The notes under the pieces: generated by a model | What the model saw: only the letters and a program-made list of their open reading frames with translations | Databases searched by the model: none | Told to the model about the DNA's origin: nothing | In this document: positions 26,101-41,100 of the stretch, piece after piece | Position numbering within the stretch: the stretch's first letter is position 1 | Layout: every line of letters starts with the position of its first letter | Made by a program: the position numbers and the translations under genes | From: Styela clava | Taxonomy: Eukaryota | Length of the DNA: 64,000 nucleotides | Direction of reading: 5' to 3' | NCBI RefSeq assembly: GCF_964204865.1 | Contig: NC_135264.1 | Coordinates: forward strand, 1,240,001 to 1,304,000

Positions 26101-29100
26101 GCCACTATAATAAAATTTTATGACTTTGAAATCATACCATATGCTCGCATGTAGTGTTGGCTCTCGGATTTCGTAATTTCACTGTCTTTCTAGATTCATG
26201 AATTTTTTATAGCACGCATGATAACGCTTTTACTGCCTCACCACCTCAACGACTAATAATATGAGTGTGTATTTTTGTATGAATCAAGCTATATCACGCC
26301 TCAATGTAACATTGGGCATAATTATTTGTTCATTTTATCCTACAAAATTGGTTTCGCAATGGGTATTTAGGGAATTTACATACTTCTTCCGAGCATGTAG
26401 GTCACGTTCAACTCAGTTTCATTTCGCAATGCATGTCCATCTGGACGTTTTCCCGTTTTGCGATTTCCCCTTTTTCTTGCAGTACAGCTCTTATCAATAA
26501 TGCATGCACCCCGCTGCGCAAATGCGTTCCAACTCACAATAAAGACGCGAAGACTTTGGAAAACGCGGGTATCTCTTTCATGCGTTTATCGTTTATCGAT
26601 TTTTTTGTTGTTAGACTTCGTCTCAAAAACAAATTTTCATTTAATAGTAGACGACTACTGATCGCACTGATCTTGGTCTCAAGTGTTACTGTACAAGCCC
26701 ATAGTTTACAGTGGGTGATTTTTAGGTAGATAGTCTCTAGATTTGAAGCATTTGATTGAAATACATTAGGCTAGCAGGTTATATATATGTCACCGTACAA
26801 GGTCTGCGTTATTTCAATTCTTTGGAATTCTGGACATATCAAGAACCTTTCAAGAAATATTTGTCGGGTTTCTGTTGTGTTTTCGCCGTTAAACTTGCGA
26901 AACATGTTTTCATATGGGAATTGAGACCACATAAACGGTTATTTGGCTTGCCTCTGCTTTACCGGTATTTCTGTTATTACTCATTGAATCAAGTCCAAAT
27001 CGTTTCTCGAAACGGCTTTAACGTTTAGCCAAGGATAATTATCTCTGGCGAATTTGAGAAAGAAGCGCTAATTAAGCTTGTACCAATAATTGTTAAAATA
27101 AATTGAGACTTCTTTAGCTGTACTGGAGCTAGGACAAAAATATATTAAAATCGCCCAGCTAGAAACGTACTTCACATTGAGACTTTACAAACTGAGCAAA
27201 TTGAAGGGATAGCTTATAGAGTTCGGAAATATCTCGAATATAATCAGTTTGTTACACAGATTGGATAAAATGATGTTTTATCAGTGTATGCGATTATGAT
27301 TTACGTTTAATATAAACTCTGTAGACAATTGTGTGACTTATTAATGAAAGATGACGGATGAAAAGAAACATGAACAAAAGTATGAAAGCTTGAATCTCAA
27401 TTTGTTTACGGAGGCTGCTTCTGACTACAAAGTCAACTCGCACAGTAAAAATGTTCAAGAGGACAAAATAAATGTAACGGAGAGATCGGATTTGGAAATA
27501 TATGACAATCAATATGGATTTAACGTTTTCGAAGAAAAAACTAACAACGAAATTAATATGGTTATCAGTATAGATTCAGATACTGATGATCATTCTCCAA
27601 CAGCTGAAAATGTTGAAGGTAGGAATAGCGATCGATTAAAACAATCGTTGTCCAGTCAAACCCTTTCTCCCGATACGCCCTCTGGCGTTGATAAAATAAT
27701 GGAAAATATCGATCAATTAATTCAGATCAAATTAGCCATATCTGAAGGGAACATCCCAAATGATGCTTCGTCGGATGAGATACTAGATTATGTTAAAGCA
27801 GATACAATGGAAATGAGGAAAGAAAACAACACTACTCGTCGTTTCCAGGATGTACAAGAAGCAAACACCCCAGAAGAAGGAATCCATGAAAACCAACGAT
27901 TATCTATTTTGAGTGTCGATAGCTCAGCCGATGGAGATTTGGTAATCGATGAAAATACCATAACTGTAACTGAACCAAGCAGTTCTTACGAAACAACAGA
28001 AAATACAATCAAACTTTGGGATAAGATGCTAGGAAATCGCGATACACATTATGATAGATTCGTATCGTCTTGCCCAGAAAAACTTTATCTGAGTTGCACG
28101 AGAGATACCGCTGCGGCCAGCAATGAGTTGGCTGGCACACAAAATATTCATTCTCGTTCGGGTTCTTTTCATAGCAACGATGGAAAATTTGAACTAGTCG
28201 GAATAAGCGGAACTTGCAAAATTACTGGAAGTAGTAGCGTGACCTCTGATCTTTTTCGGTCGTCTGGCCAGGAAAGTCCACAAAAAGATGACTCATCCGA
28301 TGAGATTGAAGATATGTGCCTTGACGCGATACGAAGACTGTCTCTGAGCGCCCCAGAGCATCTTTCGCGTCATAATAGTCGGGACGAATTTGACAACAAG
28401 TCAACAGCTACGCCTATTACTACAGGTACCGCCTCACCTTTTATGTTTTCTAATGAGGCACAAGAAGCACTTGGTGATGACGAATTAAGATATAGATTTG
28501 CTTTTTGTTCTGATAATAGCGGCCCTACAACTGATGTTGAGAGTGCATATGATAGAGATATTGATATGTTGTCGGAGGAAGGATGTCTCGATAGAGACGG
28601 CATTCTGAAAGAAGAAGATCTACGACGTGCTATTTTTGATGCGTTTCACGATCTCAATTGCAGTCACACACATGCGACTTCTTTGCAACCGGGCGTCACT
28701 TGTGATTCACTGGAATTGGTCGGAGATTATGACGTTGTGCCAACCGACAATTTACCTGGGGGTGGAAATAAGAATGAAGGGACTGGTGATCCAGTCAAAT
28801 ATCATTCTTCAGATGACGACTGTAATTTTCCGCTCCACCATAGTAATAGTAAATCTTATGCCCCTTCAAATGGTATTCTCTTGGATAATGAACGACGACA
28901 TACATTGCGGAGCCTCTTGATGAATGCCCCTCCAGTGCCAATACTACATCCTCATGCCAGTGCCGATCATAATACACCTGATGGAGATAATATTAACGAA
29001 AATGCTTCAGAATGCAATGGTACGGATCTGGAAATGGATGCAGTCGATTCTATATCATTTACTGCTTTAAAAAACCACAGAGCAAATGAGGCCAGCACTG

Positions 29101-32100
29101 GGCGTCTTGTATCTCCGAAAGTTGAACAAGAAACTGAAGAGCAACCTTCATTTGAGACCAATCAAAACTTAAATCTACATATTCAAAACATAGGTGAACA
29201 AATATTTCCCGACGATCCAGATTCTTGTCGTGATTCCGCCTTCTATGGCTCCAGAGAAGATACTTCACCAGATATGCCTTCGTTACCCACCGTTACAATC
29301 GACTACTTCGTATCAACAGATACTTCTATCCAGCGTATGGATGGATCTTCTCCGGACCGGGACGGGTCTTTAATAATCGAGAAAGAAGATCTTGATTCGG
29401 ACAATGATCTTTCAATGACGCCTTCCATGTCAATAAGCAGTTTTCTTCCTTCTGAGACACAGTCTGTGAATATTCCCTTTTCGATGACCTCGAAATTTTC
29501 AACCTCACCAGAAACACATGTGACTGCTGCATCATCGCTCCCGGAATACAATTTTGCACAACATGAAGGTGGAATAAATTTACAAAACGTAACAAAGAAA
29601 AAAAGAAATAAAAAAATGTCTCGAAGAGCAAATTCAAAAACCGGAAATGAAACTAATAGAGTAGCTGCATCCGATGCGTCTCAAATCAAATCGAAGCAGA
29701 GGACAATCACGCGAAGCACCTCGACATCGAAAAGAAAATCAAGCCCTGTCAACCGTAAATGCATGCTATCATTAAGTCAAACTAATTCTCAAGTGCTGAA
29801 AATTAATGAAAAAGCCAGTGCTGGGCGTACTTCCGTTTCTCTCGCTTCTTCAAGACAATTACAATCAAGAAAAAGCAACTGCTCGTCCATGGTAAACTCG
29901 GATCACAAAATAACAGACATAAACAGAAAAATGAAGAAGAAAGTTCCAAAACAACACAAACCTAATACGCTGACATTCAAACCAGATGATGTAAAATTAC
30001 GGCCACCAACGAGACGAGGGAGGGATGCCACGAAGCGTAGATCATGGCCTCCAATGCTGTCTGATCAATCGTTCAAAAAAGTAGGCTTGAAACGATCTCT
30101 ATCTTTTCGCGACGGAATAAATAGGATCAACAGTTTGACCAATGGCTACAAAGACTTCGTCCCTCTGTCTCCCGAGAAAAGAGATATAAGTCGTCGCGCC
30201 CACAGTGAAGGTTCCGTTGCTTCTTCCCAACTCACAATTTTTAGACAAAGTAATAAAATTGGAAGACTTCTAGAAAGTAATAGGAGGCATACTGAAAACC
30301 GAATTACACCGAGAGGGACACTTAGAGATCGTCAACCAGGGGAAAAGTATGATAAGAAGGCTGCGAAAACTCAGAATTTAGCTTCTGCAAAGAAAAGCAC
30401 AAATGCGAGAAAAATACGCAAAAAAGATGACCAGGCTCAACGAAAGGCAAGCAGCTCAACTGAAAGTTTTGCTAAAGAAAACTTGTACAGTTCTGAACCA
30501 AGCCACGTTACAAAGATGTCTTCAAAAAGTTCCCGAAGCAGATCGTCGAGATTATATAGATCTTCTTGTTCTGAAGAAGGTTTACGTCGTCAACGAAATC
30601 CATCTTCAAGTCAGGACCGTTCACCAACTGTAAGATCTCGTATCACTTCCAACTCTAGCGCTCCAAGTACAAAAACTCCACCGAATACGCGGAAACCGTC
30701 TATTCCCCGAAAGTCGGCTCCAGATTTTATACAGCAAAATCGAATTAAGTCAACACGACAAAAACCCATTGGGGCCATCAGAGCGCTCGGTAGCAATCTA
30801 CAAAAAGCATCGGAATTGTCTAAATTGAGAAGAAAAATAAGGGCCCCAGAAATCAAGAATTATTCCTCTCGGAAAGCGCATACATTTGAAAAATCTTTGA
30901 AGAAGAATAAGAGCCCAGTAAAACCAAAAATATACAAGGCAATGCATAAGGTAAGGTCGGTTCGATAGTATTGTTTTGACGAAATCGTATTGCATCCACT
31001 GTTTGTTTCACTGTTTTATCATGTTTTGCTGGTGAAAAGTTGTAAGAAAAATCTGTCATCCCTGTTAGTATTTTCAAGTAATGTTTCCTCTCAAATGACC
31101 ATCTATCCGTTTGCAGTTGACAATTATAAAATTTTACAGTGCGTGCCGAGATCGTTAAAGCGTATAGTAACAGACGATATCACCGACCAGAAAAATTAAC
31201 TATAGAAAAGTAAATGAAGCTTTTAATACTCTGCAGTTTTTTATGACCTTTTAACTATTATAATCACTAGTTTAGTAGCATCGCAAATTGGTAACATAAA
31301 CTTGTGATGGGTCAGTGAACCGGAAATTGCTTCCGTTTCTACGATTTCCTTCCGTTAGGTATGGGTTAAAAAAGGGGATTTTGTATATCTATAATTCAAA
31401 CTCGGCCAAAAATGGTATGGTTAAAGATTTGAATGTCTCGTTGTTGAGTTTTTATGTCGTCATTTGTTTGCTCATGAGCATGCAGAAAGCTCTATACCTA
31501 TATTCTGTTGCATTGTGTTCATAGTCTTTATGATATGTGGTTGTTGAGTTAACAGCATGTCTGTCGATAGTTAGCAAGTCAGTCATTTTATCAACAGTTC
31601 TTACGATGAAGTTAATTTTTGAAGGTGCTTCTCGAGTTTTGAATGTGTAACGCTAAGGTAAAACTTGACGAAGTAGTCCTGTTGCTAAAACAATAGTTTT
31701 ATCGCAAAATTATTTAGGATATGTTACGTCGGGTGTTCTAACACTTGATATTGCAGTGTTCCTCCCCTCGAAAATTGTCCCAATATTACAATAGAAAATT
31801 TATTCATTTCACCTAACAAGATTTGAAAGTATGTAATCTGGAATACAGCAATTCGTTTCATTTTAACCTCGTTTTTATTTTATTTTAATCTATATTTGGG
31901 CTTTGCGCTCACGTTCGAACATGTACATTCGTTTTCTTAAGCATCAATATTTGATTAAATTAGCTTTGGGATTGCACCAGATGTGTTTCAATCGGATTCC
32001 GAATAAAGAGCTCATAGCACGCTATCGAGCGTGATTTATTAATGAAATACGACAACAAATCACCGCTCAAGATCGGTTAATATAATATACGACCGGGACT

Positions 32101-35100
32101 AAACGATTTTTAATGTGTATTCAGAATGCCAATGTTATTTTCGTTTGCTTCTGTCATTGAACAAATATTGCGTAAATAATCTACCACACCTAAATGTCAA
32201 CGTTGTGTCAGGTTGCTGAAAAACGTAGCGTTACGGTTTGTTTAATTTCTATTTTTGTAAATGATTTCTGGCTGCATTGTAACATATATTATTTGTGACG
32301 AACGACATTAAGCATGTTGTAAAATTGTCAATACTGATGACATGACGGCAGCACAAAAAGTGGGTGATTTATTTGAAATGGCCTTGATCTTTAGGTTTAA
32401 CAAGAGGTAAGCAATTTCGGCTTTTCTCTAAACATACGTAGGCTATAACTTATTTCCAAATTTTCGGGCCGGATATCCTCTGTACATTTCAACAGCAAAT
32501 GAATAAATTCTTAGTTTCAACTTCGATATTGCTTCTTTCGATAGGAAACTTCTAGGCACTAATGACCAGCCACGTGTGTTCATATTATATTATACTTGTT
32601 TTGATTAACGCTTCAGCAGTTGTGGGAAGTTGTTGGAATAAGTCAAAATGCTAGGGTAATATTACACCTTTGTCTTTAGAGTTTCAAGCGTTTCATAACA
32701 AATTGGTAACACTATCTCAAACTATGACACGTGATGGTAAAAATATAACGAGTGAAAAGCATGGCTAATAGATAAATAGTTGTTGTTTGGCGGGAGTATA
32801 TTTGTGCGATGTTTGAGCTGAGTTACCGGCAACTTTGGACTGGCAAGGAATCGAATCCATAAACGCGCAATTCGAAAGAGGGTCGAATAGTTCAAAACAA
32901 AAGAAACTATTGTTGTGATATTTGATGGGCTGAGCCGCGACGCTAAAACCGGTTGTGTCATGGAAGAAGCGAATACACGTAAAGTCAAACTTATTGTACA
33001 TTTCAACGTGTAAACAAAAGGGTGTAAAGGTGATGGCACGGCGATCCCCCGTTAAATAAAGGCGTGTATTTCCGGCATTACTGAATTCCACTGATATATA
33101 TTGATTTTAAAGTTGAGACTTAATTTATGACTTATCATTTCTAATGTTTTGCGCGAGAATAGAGAGGTTCATTAGTATAGCGTGGTGACGTGATTTTTGA
33201 ACGGTATTATTCCAAGTACCCATATTAATCATCGAGCAATGTGGCATTTTGATGGACTAGATGCGAGGATATTGTGGAGAGACAGAACTGTAATCGCGGC
33301 TATCTATAATAAATTCAAGTCCAAAATTAAAGTTAAATTATTTGACTTCTACGTTGTAAAATAGCTCTAATAATCTTATTATGACGTAGATTGCGGTGTG
33401 TATGTTGTATTTTTAATGAACATAGCACACTTGCGTATGATCATCAATGTTATTGATAGCCTCTTGGTTCCATAATTGCCGGTGTGACTGAGCTATCAAT
33501 GAAATTCTGAACACTCAAATCACGGTTGGCTGAATAGACAAGTACGATCGGACACTTGCTTGTAACCGTATCGCCGATTGTAAGTTATTTCCCTACACTC
33601 GATCCCCCGATAAATTAAGATAAAAACCCGTGTTTGACGAGGAACAAACTCAGGAAATAAGGAAGACTTATTGAAAATATTTTAAAATGGGTCATTAGAT
33701 TAAAATGTTTCAGGATTCAACTTACGTGTTTGGACAGGAAAGTAGCTCAGGCTATTCAGACGTCTGCTTTTGGTTCGCACGAGTAACCAGAAACTTTCAC
33801 AACCTTCGTCTTCGATATCAGACAAAGGATTTTTTCGTTTTCGTTGGCATTTCGACATTCCAAAATTAAAAAGGAGTATTTTCTAGCTAGTTGTGAATTT
33901 CAATACAATTTTTCAAACTTCTGTAGGATATAAACACGAACTGGCGTTGTAGTGTATCAGCGTGATTTGCATATGAGGAAAAGCATAACGGGACATCATG
34001 TTAGAAAGATAATAAGGAAGTGTAGAAGTATTATTTTGATAGTTTGTTGGTTGAATGGTAGAGTAAACGGATATTTAAATGAAAAGTTTGCTTGTTTACC
34101 TTGATTTTTCGAACAACGAACGAGTTTCATGAATAGACAAATAATCTTTCAATTTTTATGAATAATAATGTAAATTTATTTGAAAATTTAGAATATTATT
34201 TCATCGGGACGAAATTAAAATCATTAAATATTCGTCGAATAATAATATATTTTCATCAATTTGAGGTTTTTGCCTAAACTTATCAGCTAAAAATGCAGCG
34301 CATGGCGTTGTAGTCAAGCTCGATATGATTTGTTTTATACCAATCACTGTTGTATCGTAATAAAGGTAAGTCAAACTCAAAATATATTTTATCATATATA
34401 TTCATAATTTTGTATAAGAAAGTGAAGAAGTAAGTGAGTGTGAAAGAAACCTCAATATTGTCTGTTTTAACTAAGAATCGCATTCTCCGACATTTTGCAT
34501 ACCATATAGTTTTAGATCCTATTCCCCTGGACGCACTCTCACATGAAACGAGTGTCGGACGAATATAATTATCCAGCTTATTTTGAATATGTTTATTAAT
34601 TCAGATGGATGATCTGCACTCTGTTCGCTTTAACGCATTCAATCATGTATTTGCTACAAATATTTTGTATAATTGAGTATGAATAAGATTTATGGGTTCC
34701 GATTTTAGCGAATTTGTATTCTCTACTGCGGTCAACGTGACATTCCACGTGTTTTAGCTCGAAGGTCTTTGCTCGATTCACTCTAATTCTGGCACATATC
34801 CGGAGGCTTCAATATTATATTATGAAATATATTTCACACAAGAGCTTAACGTATTAACAGACTAAAGTATAGCATGGTCGGCAGTGCATAAGCGTCAGTC
34901 TTTGCGTTGAGCAGACTTTGGGTTGTCGTGTGATTTGTTGTTTGTGATTTTTTGGAGGAACTATGGCTAACCTTGACTGTGATCAAGCGTTAGAGTGGCA
35001 GGTAAATATACCCATATTTTTTCGAATTTCAGCGGGGTGGCAACATGATGAAGTTTCGGGGTTATATGTTATCAAAGTTCCTTCCGGCTTATACCATTGG

Positions 35101-38100
35101 GAGGATATGTCCATATTGTTTACGTTTTGATTAGCTGTTCTCCGAAATCAGAATCGAGTATCCCTATGATATCATCTCTAATGTAAACGATTCGCTTGAA
35201 GAAAATTGTATTTTTAAAGTAAACGAACTAAGGCAACTATGAAGATTATATAACGAAAATGTACTAAGGTGTTGATTGAAACAACCCAGAAACTAATTTT
35301 TTCTCCTAATAAATAGTTGATTTCATTCCCAACGACTCTTTCTTATGAACAATTTTGGAGATGTTGTTCTCCGTTTTGGCGCCACACCCTGCAGCGCTTG
35401 GTGAAATCACGGCTAACATCGGCCTTGTCGTCATGGTTTCGGTGTGAAAATATCCTAGCAAAGCCAGTCATTAAAACACTTCAGTCCCTCAATGTCTTTG
35501 TTGTTCACCGAATTCTTTTCAAGGATTTGCGTTATCGATTTTTATGTTTTCTTGGATTTCACATTGGTCTTTCTATATTCATACTTGACGGACATTTTTG
35601 AGCTCTTGATCTAATGATATCGTCTTTGTCTACCTTGCTTAGGAAGCTTTCTTAAGGCGTATGCCAAAAATGAATTAGATAGCCAGGCAATATAATATAT
35701 ATACCTGCTCTATAAACAGTGGCCGTCACTACCGGGTAAATTTAGGTCAAATATCAAATTCATTTTGGAATACTTGTTTTTTCCTTTCTGTGATGATGTA
35801 ATCCTAACATCTGGTCAGATGGAATCAGTCTAGCCTCCGTTTCTGAACCTTCTGTGAAGTCATAATATATACCTTGCAATCGATGATCACATGTGTGAAC
35901 ATCACCGGCTTAATAGTTCATATAAGCTACAGCAAACGTTATAAATTATTGTCAAATGTCAAGCCATTTCTGAGACAGGAAGAATTTTTACACGGAAATC
36001 TGAGTCGGATTCAAAAAATGCTGTATTAGTTCCAGTTTAATCCAGTCTTTTATAACGCCACTAAGTTTCTTGTGAGTTGCGACGGTAATTATCTTTATTC
36101 TGGAAATCATTGCACTGTTCTCATTTCTCGGGCAAGATTCAGTTATGAATTTTAACATAGATTGAGTTGATTTAGTATTAATTTAAAGCTGGTCGAGTGG
36201 TCGAACCTGGTGTCTTCGACAGTAATTTGAAAAAGCTTCCAAACTTCTATTAAGAAAACAACCTCATTCATGATCGTTGAGTCTGAGCATACCTATACGG
36301 CACTACTCTGGACGGATTGCAGTACCATATTTACCCCAGTTCTTAATTTATAGCTAGTATTCATTTTAATTGCAGAGACCAATGTCAGGCAGCGATGATA
36401 CCTTAGGGGAGGCCTCCCCCAACCTCCCATGGAATCGTACACAACATAATTATCAGAACAAAGAGAATAATGAAGCGACGATTTTGAACGCTGCGGAAAG
36501 GGCAGTCATCCGTATCGCTGGTGAGTCACTTCGTATTTCATTCATTATTCATAAATTTGTCTCCGTGTTCAATGCTTTCAAGTATGTATGGTACAGTCTC
36601 TTAAGCTCTAGCTTGATGGAAATGGACATTTTTGATATTATCATGCAAAAAAAATACAATCTCTAAAGAACTAGAGCGGTATCTGATGAGCTGTGTCTTG
36701 AAGCTGAAACACCGAAATGTTTCTGAAGTTTTTATTTAAAAAAGCTTTCAGTCTGCGGCTTCTGCCAGAATACGTGACTCTGAAATTTATCTCAAAGTGG
36801 TAAATTATTCATGCGTTTTTGGATTTAAAAAAAAAGTATATTCCCTTCAATACTCCCGAGAGCGTCGTATCGCAATCTATGTTTAGCAATTTCTAAATGG
36901 GTACAAATCCCACAGTAATTCACTTTCCAACATCAGAGTTGGGATAAATATATAGTTTTAATAGTCATTCGACTGGCATCCTGCATAGCGGGCTTATTGG
37001 CCTGCCACAGTGATAGTGGCTTCGATTTTGCGGCGGCCACGCAAGCTCCTATCAACTGGGGTGTATCCAGTGGTGGGATTCAAATCTTTTGTCAGCCGGT
37101 TCCATCATACAACTGTCGAATTTTCAGGCGGTTCTGTTACAAAAAGTCATGTAATGCTAACCGGTTCGCTGATCTCATAAAATTCATAGAACCAGTGCGA
37201 ACCGGTTGAATCCCACCATTGGATGTATTGTATTAAAAAATTTCTTTTAATGTTCTCAAAGATCTCTAGCCCGAATCACCTCTCCGGATAGCGCATACCC
37301 GCTGCCCTAACCCGTAGTTGTAATTCTCAACAATATTGCCCGGTAATGATGGTAACCTCATTGAAATTCTAAAATCTGCTATCGACACTTGTGTTAGTAT
37401 TAATTAACAATGATTCGAAACGTGGACTATATATTGACGAAATAGAGGTTGAAAGCGAGATCATGCCTAATTAAGCATAATCTTGCCATTATAATCGCCA
37501 GAATTGATTATTGATTGAATGTAAAATGGATTTGTTCTTATTTTCCATATGTTAAAGCGGATTGTTGGTTTATAGTAGTACTCTGAATGAAGCGTGATCG
37601 CTTACATGTGAATTTAGCGGTTTTTAAATTTCAGTCTCTACCAGCTGTAATTTGGTCATATTAGAGACATAGCGTGTTTAAATACTTCCGGAAAATGCGC
37701 TATGAGTGATTTATAACTTGTCAATTGGAAATGTGATTTTTATGAATTAAAACGAGAGGATTGAGCGTGGGATAGCATATTTAGATAATTTTATGAAGTT
37801 TCTTTCGGTTTTTAGCATAAGCACAGTAACAATTTGTATCTTGCTCAGCATGCGTAGTAAGGATGAAAATTGATATAGCGAACAAACGACAAGTCTTTTT
37901 ATGTAATATAATATAATAAATCAAGAAAAATGCACTTTTCCCTGACGTGAACAATTTTGGGCTTCGGATTCTAATTTTGGTCCTATCCTGTTTTTACTTT
38001 TTGTTGAATGCGGCCACGGGTTTCACAACAGTGGCATACGGTTAGGGGCATTCAGGGATACCTATCAAAGAGGAGAAAAAAGTACCAAACTTTCATTGAG

Positions 38101-41100
38101 GCTTTTTTGATGCAATTGTTTTGTATATTGCATTTTTTTCGAAATATGAGTATATACCGTAGTTGTGTCATCAGTGCATGTATATGACCGAGATACGCTG
38201 AGAAACTAAAATGACTTGCTTGCCCTCTATACTTAGCTCGTATGAGATATTGAGGGATTGCACCCTTATGCTCAATTCAACCCTAGCACATATTTCCTGA
38301 TTTCTGAAATGGTAACAACGCTCCTTAAAGTATTCCATTCTTGAGCAGAACCGTATCTAAGCAGTTCATAATTCATATCAAGAATTCCGTATCTCTATTG
38401 TAATAAGAATGTCTGTAATACTCTGTATATATACTCATATATATATATACGGGAATCATCCGACGTTTCTGAAACGCTATAGGTGTGCGTGGTCGATAGT
38501 AACACGGTGATTTTAAGATGTTTCACGACAGAGTCGCGATTTTGCGAGTACTAGTTGACCTATTCAAAAAAAATAACTTCTAATATGGAATTTGTTTCTG
38601 CTCGTGAGATTGCATAGTTGATGTTAATTCTTGTATTATTTATGAGAATAATCCAATGGAAATATCCACATCGGAATTTACATCAGTCGTGTATGTACGA
38701 AAGAAGTTTACTCGTTTTAGTGTTAGTTTCTACACTGTTGTCGTCATAGTTCCTGGTTTTCACATTATACTCGCCCTCAAATTAGCAGCTGTCCGATTCG
38801 TGGGCAACCGAATCAGATGTTAGACTCTGCCTGTCATGTCTATTATTGCAATCGCTTCTTGTTGTCTGCTGTTTGCCACCTCGTCAACGGGTTGATATTT
38901 CTTGTCTGGAAAGGGAAACATCACAGCTCGTTAGTCTGTTCAGTTATTTGTGATATGCCCTTGAAACTAGACGTATGTTGGATGTCGGGTTTAGTATAAA
39001 CTAGGTACTTCGAATGATACTGAATTCGAATATGTAGCTAGCACGTACCCACACGTAATTGATTGTTTTTGTTACCAAGTCTGTTGAGAAAATGGAGCGA
39101 TTGTCATTTAGATTTTGTTTAGAAATGTATTTTATGCAGCAAACCATGAGTTTGGAAGATAAGCAGTGATTAGGAAAGGGAAATTAAAAATATTTTACTG
39201 CAAACAATTTAATAACCATGCAACACCAAAGTCAGTCAAATAATGTAAAACATTTTAATCTGACGGAGAAAGCCCGTTGAAAGTTTATGTTGTGGATGCT
39301 GCGGCAGAATATTTTCGCCCAACCATAAACATAATTTGGTATTCGTTACAGGCGAATTTCACCTCGCCTTGGGCACTGCATATTAACGATACGTTTTGCA
39401 ATGAGACATGGCAAAATAATAAAAATTAATTTTGTGGTGAAGCGAAGTTGGTTACAACATTTGGGGCGTTGTGTAAAATTGTTTCTAACTATGTAGGTTG
39501 TGAACCTGATACTATGAAATGCAGTTATGGTCAAATGAATACTTCATGAACGCGATTCTAAATTCATTTGATTTAGTTTGCTATGGGCGTTGACTTTGAT
39601 GCGGTAGAATGGCACAAACTAATAAGATCGCAATGAAGTTTTGACATACAGAGGCCTATTCCAGCTGTGATTTCAAACAAGTTATGGAATTGGGCATATG
39701 GTTTACCTAGCGATACTTGCTGGTTATAGAATTAGTTTATGAATCTATATATAACTTAGAAAGATTGAAAACCCATTCTATTGCCACATCCCGTCTTCTC
39801 TTTTTGGTGTGAGCTAATGTGATTTAAACTTCGCATAAATATTTCATTAAACACAGATCGATAGGAAGGAAAATAGTCTATGGTAGCCTGTGAAGCAATG
39901 GAATGTTAGGCCGTCGAGCAAGTCAGGTTGTTTATTTACAGAACTTTTCTGTCAGATTTGGGAAATGATATTCCATCGGAATATTGGTTAAGCATGGCCC
40001 ATTTATCAACTAAACATGTTGGGCGGCGTTGCTAAATCGCCCGTCATCAATGAAAAGGGGTTTTGAGTACTAGTCGAGTATACAGTCACAAAATTGATAC
40101 TAGACCAAGAGTTGATCAAATACACGTTGCATAGTGTGACAACCATATACTGTACCAGAGTAGTTTAGTATCATCGAAGCTTAATACTAGAGCTCTTGAA
40201 AATAGCTGAAATTTATTTGCCATGGTAGTTGATGTCATGACTTTTAAATTTCCACTTAAAATGAAAGACGGGTTGAAAGAGTTATATATTGTTGGGGCAT
40301 CACACACAGACTTTTATATATTACATTTGCTTAGGAGACAAACTGCGCCTTTCCCAAGTAAAGTCATGAATTGCGTTTAGGAAATCGAGACCATTGCGGC
40401 ATGTTTAGTTTTAAATCTAATTCTCCCCAGGAACGAGAAATTGATCACATGCATACGTTGCATTGCAGCACATTAATCAAATCTAGAATGATTTTGAGAG
40501 TAAGGTCCATGTGTTATGAGGTTTAAGAATTTAACCGCCTTAGTTGAGATGGAAAGTAGAAAACCATTGGAAATGATTCGATTTGGTAGAAAACTTCTGT
40601 TCTTATTGGTGAAGTCGACTTCGCGTAAAATGAAATTTCGATCTATGACTGGATTAAGATTAACTCGAAGGCTAGCCAGTGTTGACTAATTGAATTAATA
40701 GAATAAATAGCACTAAATTCACGAGCTTGCTTTCATTGTATCTTGTTTTGTTTTAAATCAGGTGTTAGGACCGTAGTGGGGTGGTGTGTAGCTCGTTGCT
40801 TTGTGATATCGGGCATTCTTAAAACATCAACTCTTTAATTTGGAATTTCGAGATTTGGCCTATTTTGGGTACATATCACCGACACCACCTTAATTTTAAT
40901 TTCCACACGCGACATCGTCTGCGTTATTTACGAAGCCGATGTTCAACATTTAGAAGAAGAGTCCCATACAAAAATTTCCCGTTTTTTTAAACGGCTTCTG
41001 AGTGCTTTTCCTGGGCTCTCTTTTCGCCGTTACTACTGTAGCGCAGGAAGCATCATGGACTGGAACGAAGCCGCTTGGAGCGATAGGGAGCATGGAACGA

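Noticed and set aside
28222-31077. Several short ORFs overlapping the giant exon
   Set aside because: Shadow frames of the 1205-codon ORF.
32342-32406. ATG ORF ending at a strong AG|gtaagc donor
   Set aside because: Phase 2 fits neither hub acceptor (phase 0 or 1). It could still be a non-coding exon.
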